Position numbers and translations under genes: made by a program. Below are positions 24,737 through 36,802 of a stretch of DNA of 64,000 nt, one piece after another. Within the stretch, counting starts at the first letter, position 1. Each line of letters begins with the position of its first letter. A model generated the notes under the pieces. It was given only the letters and a program-made list of their open reading frames with translations, had not been told where the DNA came from and did not search any database. The DNA is taken from positions 26,705,942-26,769,941 of the forward strand of contig NC_081383.1 in the NCBI RefSeq assembly GCF_030684315.1. The letters run 5' to 3'. Source of the DNA: Stegostoma tigrinum (lineage: Eukaryota).

Positions 24737-25469
24737 GTGCAGTTTTTTAAAATTTCGTCTATATATGTTACGTAAGGTTGACTTTTACCAGACTACAACA
24801 GCTGTAGTCTTTCCCCAACCAAAATAGGCAGGCTGTTTGGACAAACGTGGTTGAGTTTGGGAAAGGCTTAGGGGCTAGGAGCAGGTAGGTGGGACTGGTT
24901 TTAGTTTGGAATTGTAGTCCACATGGACTGCCTGGACCGAATGGTCTCTTTCTGTGATTGGGAAAGATAAAAGAACTGTGATACAAATTGTATCAAACCA
25001 ATAAAAAGTCAGTATAAACCACATCTTATTCCTTTAGGAGTAGTGCTGTAAGTATTGTTTTACTACTTAGTTTAAGCTGGTCAGAGGCTCCTGTAAATTC
25101 TTCAATTTGGTTAAAAAGCTGCTGAGGTCAACTTCAAAATGACTAGAATCTCTAACAATAATCTTTCACCTTCAAGACAATGAATTGGGAAATGATGTAG
25201 ATACTACACTTACTGAAGAATTGTTTTAGTTCTTTGCTGTTAAATTCATAAGGTAAAATGACTTCAACTGAGAATTTGAAGCTTTACTGTTTCAGAACAG
25301 TTTCATTGGTTGTTACTGAAGTCTGCTTTGGGAAAGTTTGGGTGTTGAAGGGGAAAACAGTAAAAGATCTTGTGTATTTTGAGGTAATGTATGTTTTGAC
25401 TCTTGTATAGTGTCTGATGTTGTAGTTCACTTGAAATTTGGTGAAATGTGTTTGGTTTTTTTTTGACAG

Positions 25470-25541
25470 CTAGTGGGATTCTGAAAGGATTTGACCCACT
25501 CCTCAATCTTGTATTGGATGGAACAATAGAGTATGTGAGAG
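25470..25541 (+). CDS. LSM7: LSM7 exon 3 (ASGILKGFDPLLNLVLDGTIEYVR)
   Basis: TTTTGACAG acceptor, GTAAGC donor, 72 nt; GILKGFDPLLNLVLD Sm1 motif. Confidence 0.97.
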
Positions 25542-25624
25542 GTAAGCCCCAAAGATGTTCCTAGTTTTTATAACTTGATGGACAATCTATGAAACAAAAA
25601 TTGTGAAGTGTATTCTAGACTACA

Positions 25625-25711
25625 AAAGTGTAGAGTTGGATGGACACAGCAGGATCCGAGGAGCAGGAAGGCTGACATTTTGGGCCCAGCATCTGCAGTT
25701 CCTACTATCTC
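25625..25711. mobile_element. Degraded fold-back PLE mini element (family B) in LSM7 intron 3
   Basis: Inverted GTGTAGAG..GGATG..AAGGCTGAC part fused to the tail CCAGCATCTGCAGTTCCTACTATCTC. Confidence 0.7.
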
Positions 25712-28427
25712 TGTCTGTAAAGTGACTTCCAGTTTTTCTGATTTGAAAAACATTGTATGACTTTTGATTTTAGTTTTTTTTTGCATAGCTCCTCTTCTCT
25801 TTATCATCTTCCCTTCTAAACACTTTTGTATGCAGCTTAATTTTCAGCTGTATTTTCTACCTGCTAGTTACCATAAACACTTTTTTTTTCTGTTTTTTTT
25901 ATCCAAAGAGCTCTGGATTTTTCTTTTGCTGTATTTTTGTGAGGAAATATACATTGTGCCAGAACCCTTTTTTTTTTGTTTTAATCTATCTTTTGGAAGG
26001 CATCTTATTGCACATGTAATCTTTCACTCTGCCCTTTTGATCCAGACTAACAAGAACAAGTCTGTTCTTGCCCCATTAAAGTCTGCTCTGTCTAATTATC
26101 CTTAGTTTGCTTTGTCTCTTGTTGCCACGGTCCTCCCAAATTTCATGATACAATGATCACTGTACCTTTTTTTAAAGGTTACCCTACTGATACTACTTCC
26201 TAAGAAGTAAGTCCAGCAGTGCTTTCTTTTTTAACTTGTTGCATTGATGTACTGCTGTTGGAAATTCTTTTAAATGCATTCCAAGAATGTATGTTTGTTT
26301 GCTTTTCTCTTTTTCCTAACTACCACTATTCCAACTTCAATTGGAGTAATTGAAATCTCCCACATACTCTTTGCTTGCATTATTCTGTAATTTCCTTACT
26401 GATTTGTTCCTCTACATCCCTATTACTAACTGGTGGCCTGTAAACTACACCCAGCAATATAATGGACTCCCCTTGTACCTTTTGCTCCAGCCAAGTTGAT
26501 TCTGTCCTTGAAGCCTTTTTTTTCCTCCCAAGCAGCTGTCCTTCACCAAGATTACCACTGCGTTGCTTTCTTGCTTTACCCTCTCCCTGTAACTAGGAAT
26601 GTTTAGTACTTAGTTCAGCCTTTCCTTTGCCCAGCCTGTTATTGCCACAGTATTATAACTCAATGTGGCGATCTGTACTTGTAACTTGTCAATCCTGTTT
26701 ACTTCCATTCATATGCACAGTTGTAATTTCTCCCTTTAATCCAGTTATTAATTTGTTCTACACTCTAATCTTTTAATGAGCTTTCTAAATTCTTACTACA
26801 GGACTACATCACCACTCATTTCTACATAAATACCAATGTAGACCATGATCTGCAGTTGAACGCATCCCTCGGGAAGAATGTCCTGTAATTACTTTGTGAC
26901 ATTCTTGATTCTAACACCTGTGAAAGAAAATGCATTGCTGGCATCACATCTTTGACTGCAGAAATGTCTCTAGTCTCCTAACAAATCAGTTCCTTTTTAA
27001 CTGCTGCTTTCCCCCTTTTCCTTCCTTCCCTCCCAAATAGCTGGCTCACTCATGTTGCCATAGGCTTAGCATCTCCTCTGAAAACCTTTACCATTATCAG
27101 AATGAAAACTGATTCTTGAGTTAAACCCCTGCATTGTCTTCCTGGTTCTCTTGGACTGTCTGATAGTCACATGTTCCTGATCTGCCTGCATGCCTCTAAC
27201 CTACACTTATACTGGCTCTGTGAACATGCTGTCTGTAACTTGCAGCCTCGTGGATGCAATGCAGTTGGTCTGCTTTCTGTAACTAGTGGTACTTGTATAT
27301 ATTCTTCCAGGTCATTTTCAGGATTCTAGATGAATAAACTCGCAGTTCTCCCACAGGTATTGCTTTTCTTAAACTTGGTGCTTTCATACAGCTTCTCAGC
27401 TCCTTGTCCCCAAGTCTTTGTAAGTGATCAGAAGTGTCAGACATTAAGTAAAGTGTCAAAAATTGAAGGGATCTCCTGTAATCCAATTAATTGAGGTAGA
27501 GGTGTAATTAGAATTTTTTAAAAATTCTGTTTGGAGACAAACCAAGCAGCTGGAATAACATGGGTATAAAAGTCACACACCAAGGGTCTAACCAAAGTAA
27601 CAAGTAATCCAAAACTCTACAAATTAAGGTAGAGGGAGATCCTCAGAAGTTATAAAGGTGATCGTGTCCAAAAGGGCAAGTAAGGAAGATTTTTTTTTAC
27701 AGTTGCAGAGCAGTTATGGGTTTGCATGTAGTGTGACATGAAGCCAAGATCACAGTTGAGGGTGCCTTCATGGGCATGGAACTTGGCCATCAGTTTCTGC
27801 TTTGCCATTCAGTGTAAATCCAGAATTGATTATTCCAGCATACATGTCACCTGCCTTCCATGTTATGACATCCATAAACTTGCCATCCAAAATTCTACTG
27901 CCTGTTGTCACTGACACCTAGTCCAATCTGGGCAGTAGCATGGTGTTATTTGAAAATTTGGCTGCCACTTCAATTTCTCTATTCTCCCTATCATGATGAT
28001 CTCTCGGTCCTTACAACCCTTTCATCAGTATTATAATTCTGGCCTCTTTGAGCTATGTTTGTTTTTGTTGTTGCAACACTAAGGGGCTATACCTACAGGG
28101 GCAAAGCCTTCAGGTCTAGAAATCACTCCCTAAATCTACATTTGTCTTGTTTCTCTTTCCTCACTACTCTTTTATTTTAAAACCTGCTTTGGTCAGCTGC
28201 CACATGTTTCCTTTATGTGATTTAGTGTCAGGTTTTCCTGTATACCATGTTGGAGCATGATTGAATTCAATGTTTAATTCAATACTTTTTAAAGTCCTTC
28301 AAATGAAGTGTTATGTAATTTCTAATTAAAACACGTTTACATCTCATCACATTTAGCATGTTCCACATAGTTTTACACTTTATGTAACTGGAGTCTAGCT
28401 TTTTAAACTTAACATTACTAATTTCAG

Positions 28428-28570
28428 ATCCAGATGACCAATACAAATTGACTGAAGACACACGACAGCTTGGCTTGGTTGTATGCAGAGGAACATCAGT
28501 TGTTCTGATTTGCCCACAGGATGGGATGGAGGCAATTCCAAACCCTTTCATACAACAACAGGATGGTTAA
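28428..28570 (+). CDS. LSM7: LSM7 exon 4 coding part (DPDDQYKLTEDTRQLGLVVCRGTSVVLICPQDGMEAIPNPFIQQQDG*)
   Basis: TTTCAG acceptor, Sm2 motif LGLVVCRG, TAA at 28568-28570; total CDS 312 nt = 103 aa plus stop. Confidence 0.97.
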
Positions 28571-29256
28571 TTTGAAATGTATCATCGCCATATCTCAGGA
28601 TTTCAACTTAGTTGGTTTTATCCAAATGGGGACTTATAATATCACCAGCAGCACTGGAGGATATTTGCATCTTGTTAGATGGCAAGCATGTACTTGCACT
28701 CTTTTTTTAATCTTTGTGCAGATCAGTCATGAACTTTATTGCCATCTATGCAACTATTCTGTAGTGCAGTACTACCTGTACTGCACAAGTGTATTGCCAG
28801 CCGCACATGCACTTAATTGCAAACAGTATGTAACACAGTAGAATAAGATCCTAGGAATTGAGCGGTACCAGTAAACTGACTGCTTGAATCATTCTATTGG
28901 AAGCAGTAATTTCACTCAAACTCCAGCTGAATTTCCCCAGCAGTGCGCTCTAGTGATGGGTTTTTTAAACCAGCTGACTTGGAAACCTGCATTTTTATAC
29001 TCAAATTTGTTTATTTAAAATTTTGTTAAATTGAGCATGTTTCTGGAGTATTATTTTCTGTAGTAACTTTTTTTTCCCTGTTTTAAATGAAATTCAGTGA
29101 ACAGTTATTCATTTTGATTTGTGATTAACATTGCATAGGTTAGGTTGGAGTCTTGCATAGAAATTGGTTTAATAGAAGTCCCTTCAGAAACTGGTTTAGT
29201 TTCCTTATTTACTCTTTGAAGCTGGATGTGGATGACAAACATTGTCTTTCTTGTAC

Positions 29257-29262
29257 AATAAA
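29257..29262 (+). terminator. Probable LSM7 polyadenylation signal AATAAA
   Basis: AATAAA preceded by TGTA and followed by T-rich sequence, ~690 nt after the stop. Confidence 0.65.
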
Positions 29263-30151
29263 CTTTTTTCCAGTACTTTATGCTGGGTCTGCTTTTATCT
29301 GGCTTTAATGAATTAATATAACAATGCTGTATAAGGCATAACTTAAGCTTGCAAAGTTACCTCTTCCACTGCTTTGAAAATAATCTTTTCATCCCTCCAG
29401 TACACTTTTTGACACTACGTGGGATGCAACAGTTATCTGTTGTGACACTTTAGATGTGAACTAGATTTGGAGGCTGTACTAGACAAACATCTGATCTGTC
29501 CTCTGAGCTGCAACAGTTAAGGTTATGTTTTAGGTGTACACCCACAACTGTACCCTTAACTCTGAATTCAGAGCATCTTTGCAATGCATTCTCTTGCAAA
29601 TATTGTGTTTGTCATGTCACTTATGACCAACTTTAGTATTAATCAATGCATTAATAACCTAGGCATGCAGACTACAAATAGATATGAATTAAATGTTTTC
29701 ACAGATTTGTGCGCATCACTTAGTTTTTTCTGAACTTTAGAACTGCTGTCTCAAAGTTTTTAAAAAGAACTGCAAGGGATACAACACTTACCTAACCACT
29801 TGATTACATGTATGGTGTTTAAATATTGACCTAACTTAAAGTTGAAACATTGATAGGTGAATTTTTTTATATTTAGTAAAAAAAACTTGAAAATTTAAAA
29901 TTTAATTACATAATGCTACATGACAGTGATTCATTTTCTCACTTGTTCTGCCCCACCCGAGACTCTGCCTCTGAAGAGATGCTCAGCAGACAGCAGTCAC
30001 CTATCCATGGGGATGGTGGTGTTTGGAACATGCATAGTGGAAGGAGTAATCAATTACTATATCACTTATCATTAAGTGCTGTTAGCTAGGGTGTTTCAGG
30101 ATTTTCATCCAGTGAATTAAAGAAATGGTTTCTCTTTCAAGGAGGCCAGGT

Positions 30152-30306
30152 GACATCAGAGGCGCAGGAAAGCTGACATTCTGGGTCAGGACCCTTCTTC
30201 AGAAATGCCATTTCTGAAACATGAACTTTCCTCTTGATCTGCTGTTCTCCTCCAGCTCCACAACGTTTTATCTCTGACTCCAGCATTGACAGTTCCTACT
30301 ATCTCT
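30152..30306. mobile_element. Degraded fold-back PLE mini element (family B-like)
   Basis: Minus-strand CTGAAGAAGGGTCCTGACCC hammerhead remnant, turn-round at TTCAGAAATG-CCATTTCTGAA, tail CAGTTCCTACTATCTC. Confidence 0.65.
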
Positions 30307-32467
30307 CTCTAATAGTTTTAAGATGGGATAATGTGTGATTTTGGAGGTGAACTGCCTGGGGTGTGTTTTTTCTCTCCTCCTGTCTTTGTACTTCCATTTG
30401 ATATTTATGGGTTTGGAAGGTGGTCAAAGGAACAATGGTAAATTGCTGCAGTGTATTCAGTATATGGTACACCATGCTGTTGTGTTGGTGGTGGAGGGGC
30501 TACAGCTCAAGCAGCTTGCTTTGTCCTGGATGATATTGACATTTTTTTGAATATAGCTGAAGCTGTAAACTACCAGTAATGGGAAGAATATTTCATCATT
30601 CTCTCTAATCTTGTAGGTAGTGGAAGGTTTTGGAGGGTGGAGACATAACTAACTTCAATTCCAACATCTGACATCTTGTCACAGTATTTATATGGCTGGC
30701 TTCTGACCATTAGTAGCAGCAGCCCCCAAGGACCAAGGCTGTGACGAGGTCAAGAGGCAAGCAACCCTGAGGGATCTCAAGCTGGGTTGCAGTGAGTGAG
30801 TTATTGGTGAAGTATTTGACAGGGATGCTGTGTGGTGGCAATTGACTTGATTGGATTTGTTTAGTGAAGACTTGAGCAATCTTTCATGTCAGGTAATTGG
30901 ATGCCAATTTTCAAGCTGTATTGGAACAGCTTGGCTGGGGCATAGTTAGTTCAGGAGCACCAGTCTTCAATATGATTTCAAATGTCTTGGCCATTTGCCT
31001 CCATTATCCAAGGCCTTCAGCTGCTTCTTTATCATATGGAATGTACTGAGTTGGCTGAAGTCTGTATCCGTGATGCTAGGACATCAGAAGGAGACTGAAA
31101 TTAATCGGCCACTTGGCATTTCCAAAAACAATTGCAAATGCTTAAGCTTTCAGTCCTCTGCGTGCACTCGCCTGCATTAGCTGATTCCTTTCCAATTGCT
31201 TTTATTAAACAGATTTTATGAAGCTAGTGATTTATTTACTATTTCATAAAATGTCAAATATGATTATGCACACTTTACCCTGCCTGTAAAGCAAAGCGTA
31301 GCAAACTTTATGGGAATTAATTGAACTAACGATGCCCACACCCAAGCTGTTCTTGAAGGTGTTCAAAATTGTCATTGACTTGCTTTTAGTGGATTTACTT
31401 TTTACTGGATGACTTTTGACCCTTGGATAATTGAACTGGACAATTACAGGAGCCCTTGTGTCTTGTCACAACACCATATTGCCAAATAATTGATCTAGCC
31501 ATACAAGGCTTTTTTAATAACATGAACTTTTCTCTAACTTTTTAGAGGAAAAAAATTTTAATTTTGCATCATTTTATTTCAGCGCTCAGTTGACTCGGCA
31601 GCTAAGAGCCAAATTAATGGCAACAGCATTGGGCTCAGCCTCTCTTTCAGCTGAGGAATTCTTAGACCTGTCTTCTTGAGGTACCCATAAGAGTTGCCTG
31701 GCTATGGTTTAGTGAAGATTTGCTAGAACCTACATGTACAAAACTTTTTTAAAAGCTCATTTTTCTGTAATGAAAAGTCGGTTTCTTAATTTGTTTGGTT
31801 ATTATCTATTAAGCACTTAGGGGGAGGGGTCAGATGAATAGATTGGCTGAAAGGCTAGTTTGCAATGCAGAAGGATGCCAATAGTGGGGGCTCAATTTCC
31901 CATACTGCCTAGGATTGATTCTGAGCCTCTTTCCCCTTGCTTGAGGTGTAGTGACCCTTTTCGTATTCACCACCGCCATTCTTCTCGTAAATGAGGGAGC
32001 AACCATGTGGTCCAGTAGGACTATAGTGAACTTTATCTTTTGACATTTTTTTTTTGTTACTGCTGTTCACTTATTACACATGCTAACTTATCAAAGTGTC
32101 TATTCTTTCAGTACGAAGTCTCTGCCCCTGAAATTCCTTCTTTCCAGCGCTACGAGCATTGAGTCATGGTAATGTCACTACATTGCAGGAGGGGGCTACT
32201 TGACCCACCGAGGCCATGTTAACTCAGAACATTTTCATCAAACACATCCCTTTGCTTGATTCCCACAACCTTGCGTATTTATTTCCCTTAAGTGCCTATC
32301 CATAAGATAATGGAGCAGACTTAGGCCATTCAGCCCATCGTGTCAGTTTCACCATTTTGATAATGGTTGATTATGCTTCTCAACACCATTCTCCTGCTTC
32401 TCTCTAACCCTCTTAATACCTTACTAATCAAGAACCTACCTATCTCTGACATAAGCACATTCAGTGA

Positions 32468-32581
32468 CGCTCGCGCTCTCGCGCTCTCGCGCTCTCGCTC
32501 TCGCTCTCGCTCTCGCGCTCTCGCGCTCTCGCTCTCGCGCTCTCGCTCTCGCGCGCTCTCGCTCTCGCGCGCTCTCGCGCT
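32468..32581. repeat. CpG-rich microsatellite (CTCGCG/CTCTCG units)
   Basis: ~114 bp of GCTCTC/GCGCTCTC tandem units. Confidence 0.95.
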
Positions 32582-33489
32582 TACTTCTAAAGGATCAGCC
32601 TTCATTCTGAGGCTGTGCCCTCTGGTCCTAATTTCTCCTCCACATCTGGGCCTCTTGGTGTTATGTAAATTTCAATCAGATTTTCCCCTTTTCCCCGATC
32701 CTTTTTTTAAACGAAGTACAGATCCAGAGTCCTCAATCACTCCTCATATGACAAGCCCTTTATCCCTGGGATATTCTTGGAAACCTTCTCTGGAGCCCCT
32801 CCAACATCATCAGTTCTTCCTTTTTTATATACAGGGTCCAAAACTGTTCACAATATTCCAAATACAATCTGATCAGAACCTTGTATGTCCTCGGCAGTAT
32901 GTCTGTCTGTTTTTGTATTCTAGCCTTCCAAACTATAAGCTAAACGTGCATGTTAACATGAAGAAGATCCTGATCTGGGGGACACAAGTCCCTTTGTGTG
33001 CTTCAGATTTCCAAGGCCTTTCCCCACTTTTTAAAAAATGGTCTGTTGCATAACCTCACTCTTTTTTTCTTCTCCTCCTCCTCCTCCACCACACCATTTG
33101 TGTACCATCTGCGTTTCTGCTAACCAAGTCCTTCTGCAACCTCCCTATGCCCTCAACACCACCTGCTCCTTTACTTTTCTTTTGTGTCATCTCCAAATTT
33201 TGCAACAGTGCCCTCACTTCCTTTGTCCAGGTCACTTATACGTAGTGTGAATATCCACTCTCCTTTTTTTTTTTTTTTGAAGCCATCTAACATCTTTCAC
33301 CAACCTGATAAGCAGTAACTGAGTTATTGCCACTCTAGCAGTCTTGTTTTTGTCACAAATTGTCAAACTCAATAGTTTTTCTTCCACAATAGAGTCGAAG
33401 AAACAAAGGGGCCGAGACAGGGTTACTGGGGATGACTAGTGAAAATGACTCAAGACTATATAGTGCCTGAGAAGAATCATACAAGTATC

Positions 33490-33781
33490 GTAGAATCCCT
33501 ACCGTGGAAACAGACCATTCGGCCCAATAAGTCCACACCGCCCTTCTGAAGAAGATCACACCCAGACCCATTCCCTTACCCTTGCGTTTCCCCTATCTAA
33601 CCCACCTAAACTAAACATCCCTGGTCACAACGGGTAACTTAGCATAGCTAATCCACCTACCCTGCATGTCTTTGGATTGTGGGAGGAAACCCACGCAGAC
33701 GGTCACCCGAGGCTGGGGCCAAGCATGGGTTGCTGGTGCTGTGAGCCAGCAGTGCTACCGACTGATCTGCCATGCCACCAT
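33490..33781 (-). mobile_element. HE1-like (V-SINE type) tRNA-derived SINE
   Basis: Minus strand has a GGTAGCACTGCTG..TCACAGCACCAG head, GGTTTCCTCCCACAATCCAAAGAC core and a CR1-like 3' end (GGGCCGAATGGTCTGTTTCC). Confidence 0.75.
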
Positions 33782-34189
33782 GTAATTTTCCAACTTCCCA
33801 CTCATCCAGTAGCTGTGATGCAGTTGACCATGGCTATCAGTGTCTTTCTGCTCTGATTTGAGTTCAATGAAGTTCTGAGGTCACTTGTAATACTTTCTGA
33901 AAGTGAAAGTCTTAACTGCTTAGATAGCCCCGGTACTTTACAGTAAAAATACACTGATTATCTATGATCAGTTCCACCTCAAGTTAAATAGGCAGGTTTA
34001 AGGAACTGGCTTCATATCACTACTAGTGTTTGGTGAACAGATCCTGTTTAGGGTGAGGCATTATTGGTGGCATCCACTTTGAACAGCTCTAATATTTACT
34101 TGAAGGCAGCCACAATTTGCTTTGTAAAGCACTTTGTCCTACCTGGACACCAGAGAGGATGTCATTACACACCTAATGGTACAGATTAG

Positions 34190-34950
34190 GGAGTGTTCCT
34201 GAACAAAGAAGCCTTGCAATAAAAGTTCATATCTCCTTGACAGTGGAGTCCCCCAGGTAGATAGGATGGTGAAGAAAGTGTTTGGCATGCTTGCCTCTGT
34301 TGATCAGTGTATTGTGTACAGGGGTTTAAGAGGTCATGTTGCAGCTACACAGGATTTTGGTTAGGCCACAGTTGGAATACTGCATGCAATTCTGGTTTCT
34401 TCTGCTACAGGATGTTGTGAAACTTGAAAGGGTTCAAAAAAAACTTACAAAGATGGTGCCAGGGTTTTAAGGTTTGAGCTAAAGGGAGAGGGTGAATAGG
34501 CTGGGACTATTTTCCTTGGTATGTTGGCGGCTGAGGGAGGACCTCTTTACAGAAGTTTATAAAGTCATGAGGGGTCCGGATAGGGTAAACGGACAAGGGC
34601 ATCTCTTTTCTCCTCCTTCTTCTCCTCCTCCTTACCCCCCCCCCCCCCCCCCGGATTGGGGGAGTCCAAATGTAGAGGGCACAGGTTTAAGGTGAGAGGG
34701 GAAGGATTGAAGAGACCTAAAGGGCAACATTTTCATGCAGTGGGTGGTACATGTATGGAATGAGCTGCAAGAGGAAGTGTTGGAGGCTACTACAGTTACA
34801 ATGTTTAAAAAGGCATCTGGATCCCTACATGAATAGGGATGGTTTAGAAAGATATGGGCCACATGATGGCAAATAGGATTAGATTAATTCAGGGACATCT
34901 GGTCAGCACAGATGAGTTGGACTGATGGGTCTGTTTCCATGCTGAATGAC
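34190..34950 (+). mobile_element. CR1 LINE 3' fragment
   Basis: RLGLFSL..RLREDL.EVYK motif and CR1 3'UTR. Confidence 0.85.
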
Positions 34951-35094
34951 TCTTCCCCAGTGCAAGTATGGATTTTCACATAAGAGTATTTGAATCAGAT
35001 TATGTATGTTCTGGCTTTAATTTAAAACATTTATTTTCATAAGTTGGGGGGAAATGGGGACAAGATATCATGTAAAATTAATAACTTTTAAAAT

Positions 35095-35720
35095 TCACTT
35101 ATAGGACATGGGCATTGCTGGTTGGTCCAGCATTATTGCCTGTCCCTAGTTGCCCTTTAGAAGATGGTGCTGAACTGCTGCCTTCAACTGCTATGGGTTG
35201 ACCCACAATGCCACTAGGGAGGGAATTCCAGCATTTTGACCCAGCAAGAGGTGAGGTAGCAGCAATTATATTTCCCATCAGGATGATGAGTGGCTTGGAG
35301 GAAACATCGAAGGTGGTGATGTTCCTATATACCTGCTGCCCTTGTCCTTTTTAGAAGTAGTTCTGTGTTTAGAAAGTGCTGTGTGAGCATCTTTGAATTT
35401 TTGCGGTGCATCTTGTGATAGTACACACTGCTGCTGAGCATTGGTGGTGGAGGGCGTGGATGCTTGTAGATGTGGTGCTGATCAAGCAGGCTGCTTCGTC
35501 CTGGATGATATCAAGCTTCTTTTAAGTGTTTGTTGGGGCTACACTCATCCAGACAGTGGGGACTATTACATCACACTCGACTTGTGCTTCGTAGATGGTG
35601 GACAGGCTTTGAGGAGTCAGGAGTGAATTACTTGCCACGATATTCCTAGCTTCTGACATGCTCTTGTCGGCTCTATTTATGTGGTGAATCTAGATGAATT
35701 TCTGGTCAATGGTAACCCCC
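35095..35720 (-). mobile_element. LINE 3' fragment, family unassigned
   Basis: Interspersed repeat also seen at ~3500-3690 and ~30060-31150. Confidence 0.5.
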
Positions 35721-35872
35721 AGGTGCAGTGATTATCTAAATTTAATTAAAACTATTACAAAGCAAAACTTTGAAATATTCTTACCCATAGGTGCTAGCGA
35801 GTTTTGAGAAGATTTGTAGCTCGGGTTGGGGTTCTGGATGTGAGTTTGCTCGCTGAGCTGGAAGGTTAGTTT

Positions 35873-35912
35873 TCAGACGTTTCGTCACCATTCTAGGTAA
35901 CATCATCAGTGA
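35873..35912 (-). ncRNA. Minimal type I hammerhead ribozyme motif (mirror copy)
   Basis: Exact reverse complement of 36763-36802. Confidence 0.85.
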
Positions 35913-36762
35913 GCCTCCAAAGCGCTGGTGTTATGTCCCACTTTCTATTTATCTGGTTAGGTTTCCTTGGGTTGGTGATGTCATTTCCTGTTCTTTTTCT
36001 CAGGGGGATGGTAGATGGGCTCCAAATCAGTGTGTTTGTTGATGGAGTTCCGGTTGGAATGCCATGCTTCTAGGAATTCTCGTTCATGTCTCTGTTTGGC
36101 TTGTCCTAGGATGGATGTGTTGTCCCAATCAAAGTGGTGTCCTTCCTTATCTGTGTGTAAGGATACAAGTGATAGTGGGTCATGTTGTTTTGTGGCTAGT
36201 TGATGTTCATGTATCCTGGTGGCTAGCTTTCTGCCAGTTTGTCCAAATGTAGTGTTTGTCACAGTTCTTGCAAGGTATTTTGTAGATGACGTTTGTTTTA
36301 TTTGTTGTCTGTATAGGGCCTTAAGTTCATTAAAACAGCAGCTAATGAACTTAAGGCCCTATACAGACAACAAATAAAACAAACGTCATCTACAAAATAC
36401 CTTGCAAGAACTGTGACAAACACTACATTTGGACAAACTGGCAGAAAGCTAGCCACCAGGATACATGAACATCAACTAGCCACAAAACAACATGACCCAC
36501 TATCACTTGTATCCTTACACACAGATAAGGAAGGACACCACTTTGATTGGGACAACACATCCATCCTAGGACAAGCCAAACAGAGACATGCACGAGAATT
36601 CCTAGAAGCATGGCATTCCAACCGGAACTCCATCAACAAACACACTGATTTGGAGCCCATCTACCATCCCCCTGAGAAAAAGAACAGGAAATGACATCAC
36701 CAACCCAAGGAAACCTAACCAGATAAATAGAAAGTGGGACATAACACCAGCGCTTTGGAGGC

Positions 36763-36802
36763 TCACTGATGATGTTACCTAGAATGGTGACGAAACGTCT
36801 GA
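36763..36802 (+). ncRNA. Minimal type I hammerhead ribozyme motif (family A)
   Basis: TCA-CTGATGA-T-GTTACC-tagaat-GGTGAC-GAAA-C-GTC-TGA: complete core, 6-bp stem II, 3-bp stem I, palindromic ACGT in place of stem III. Confidence 0.85.

Noticed and set aside
32330-33053. 228-aa ORF with an RS-repeat-like segment and its RE-repeat antisense
   Set aside because: Produced by the CTCGCG microsatellite inside a decayed CR1 3' end; no RRM or exon structure
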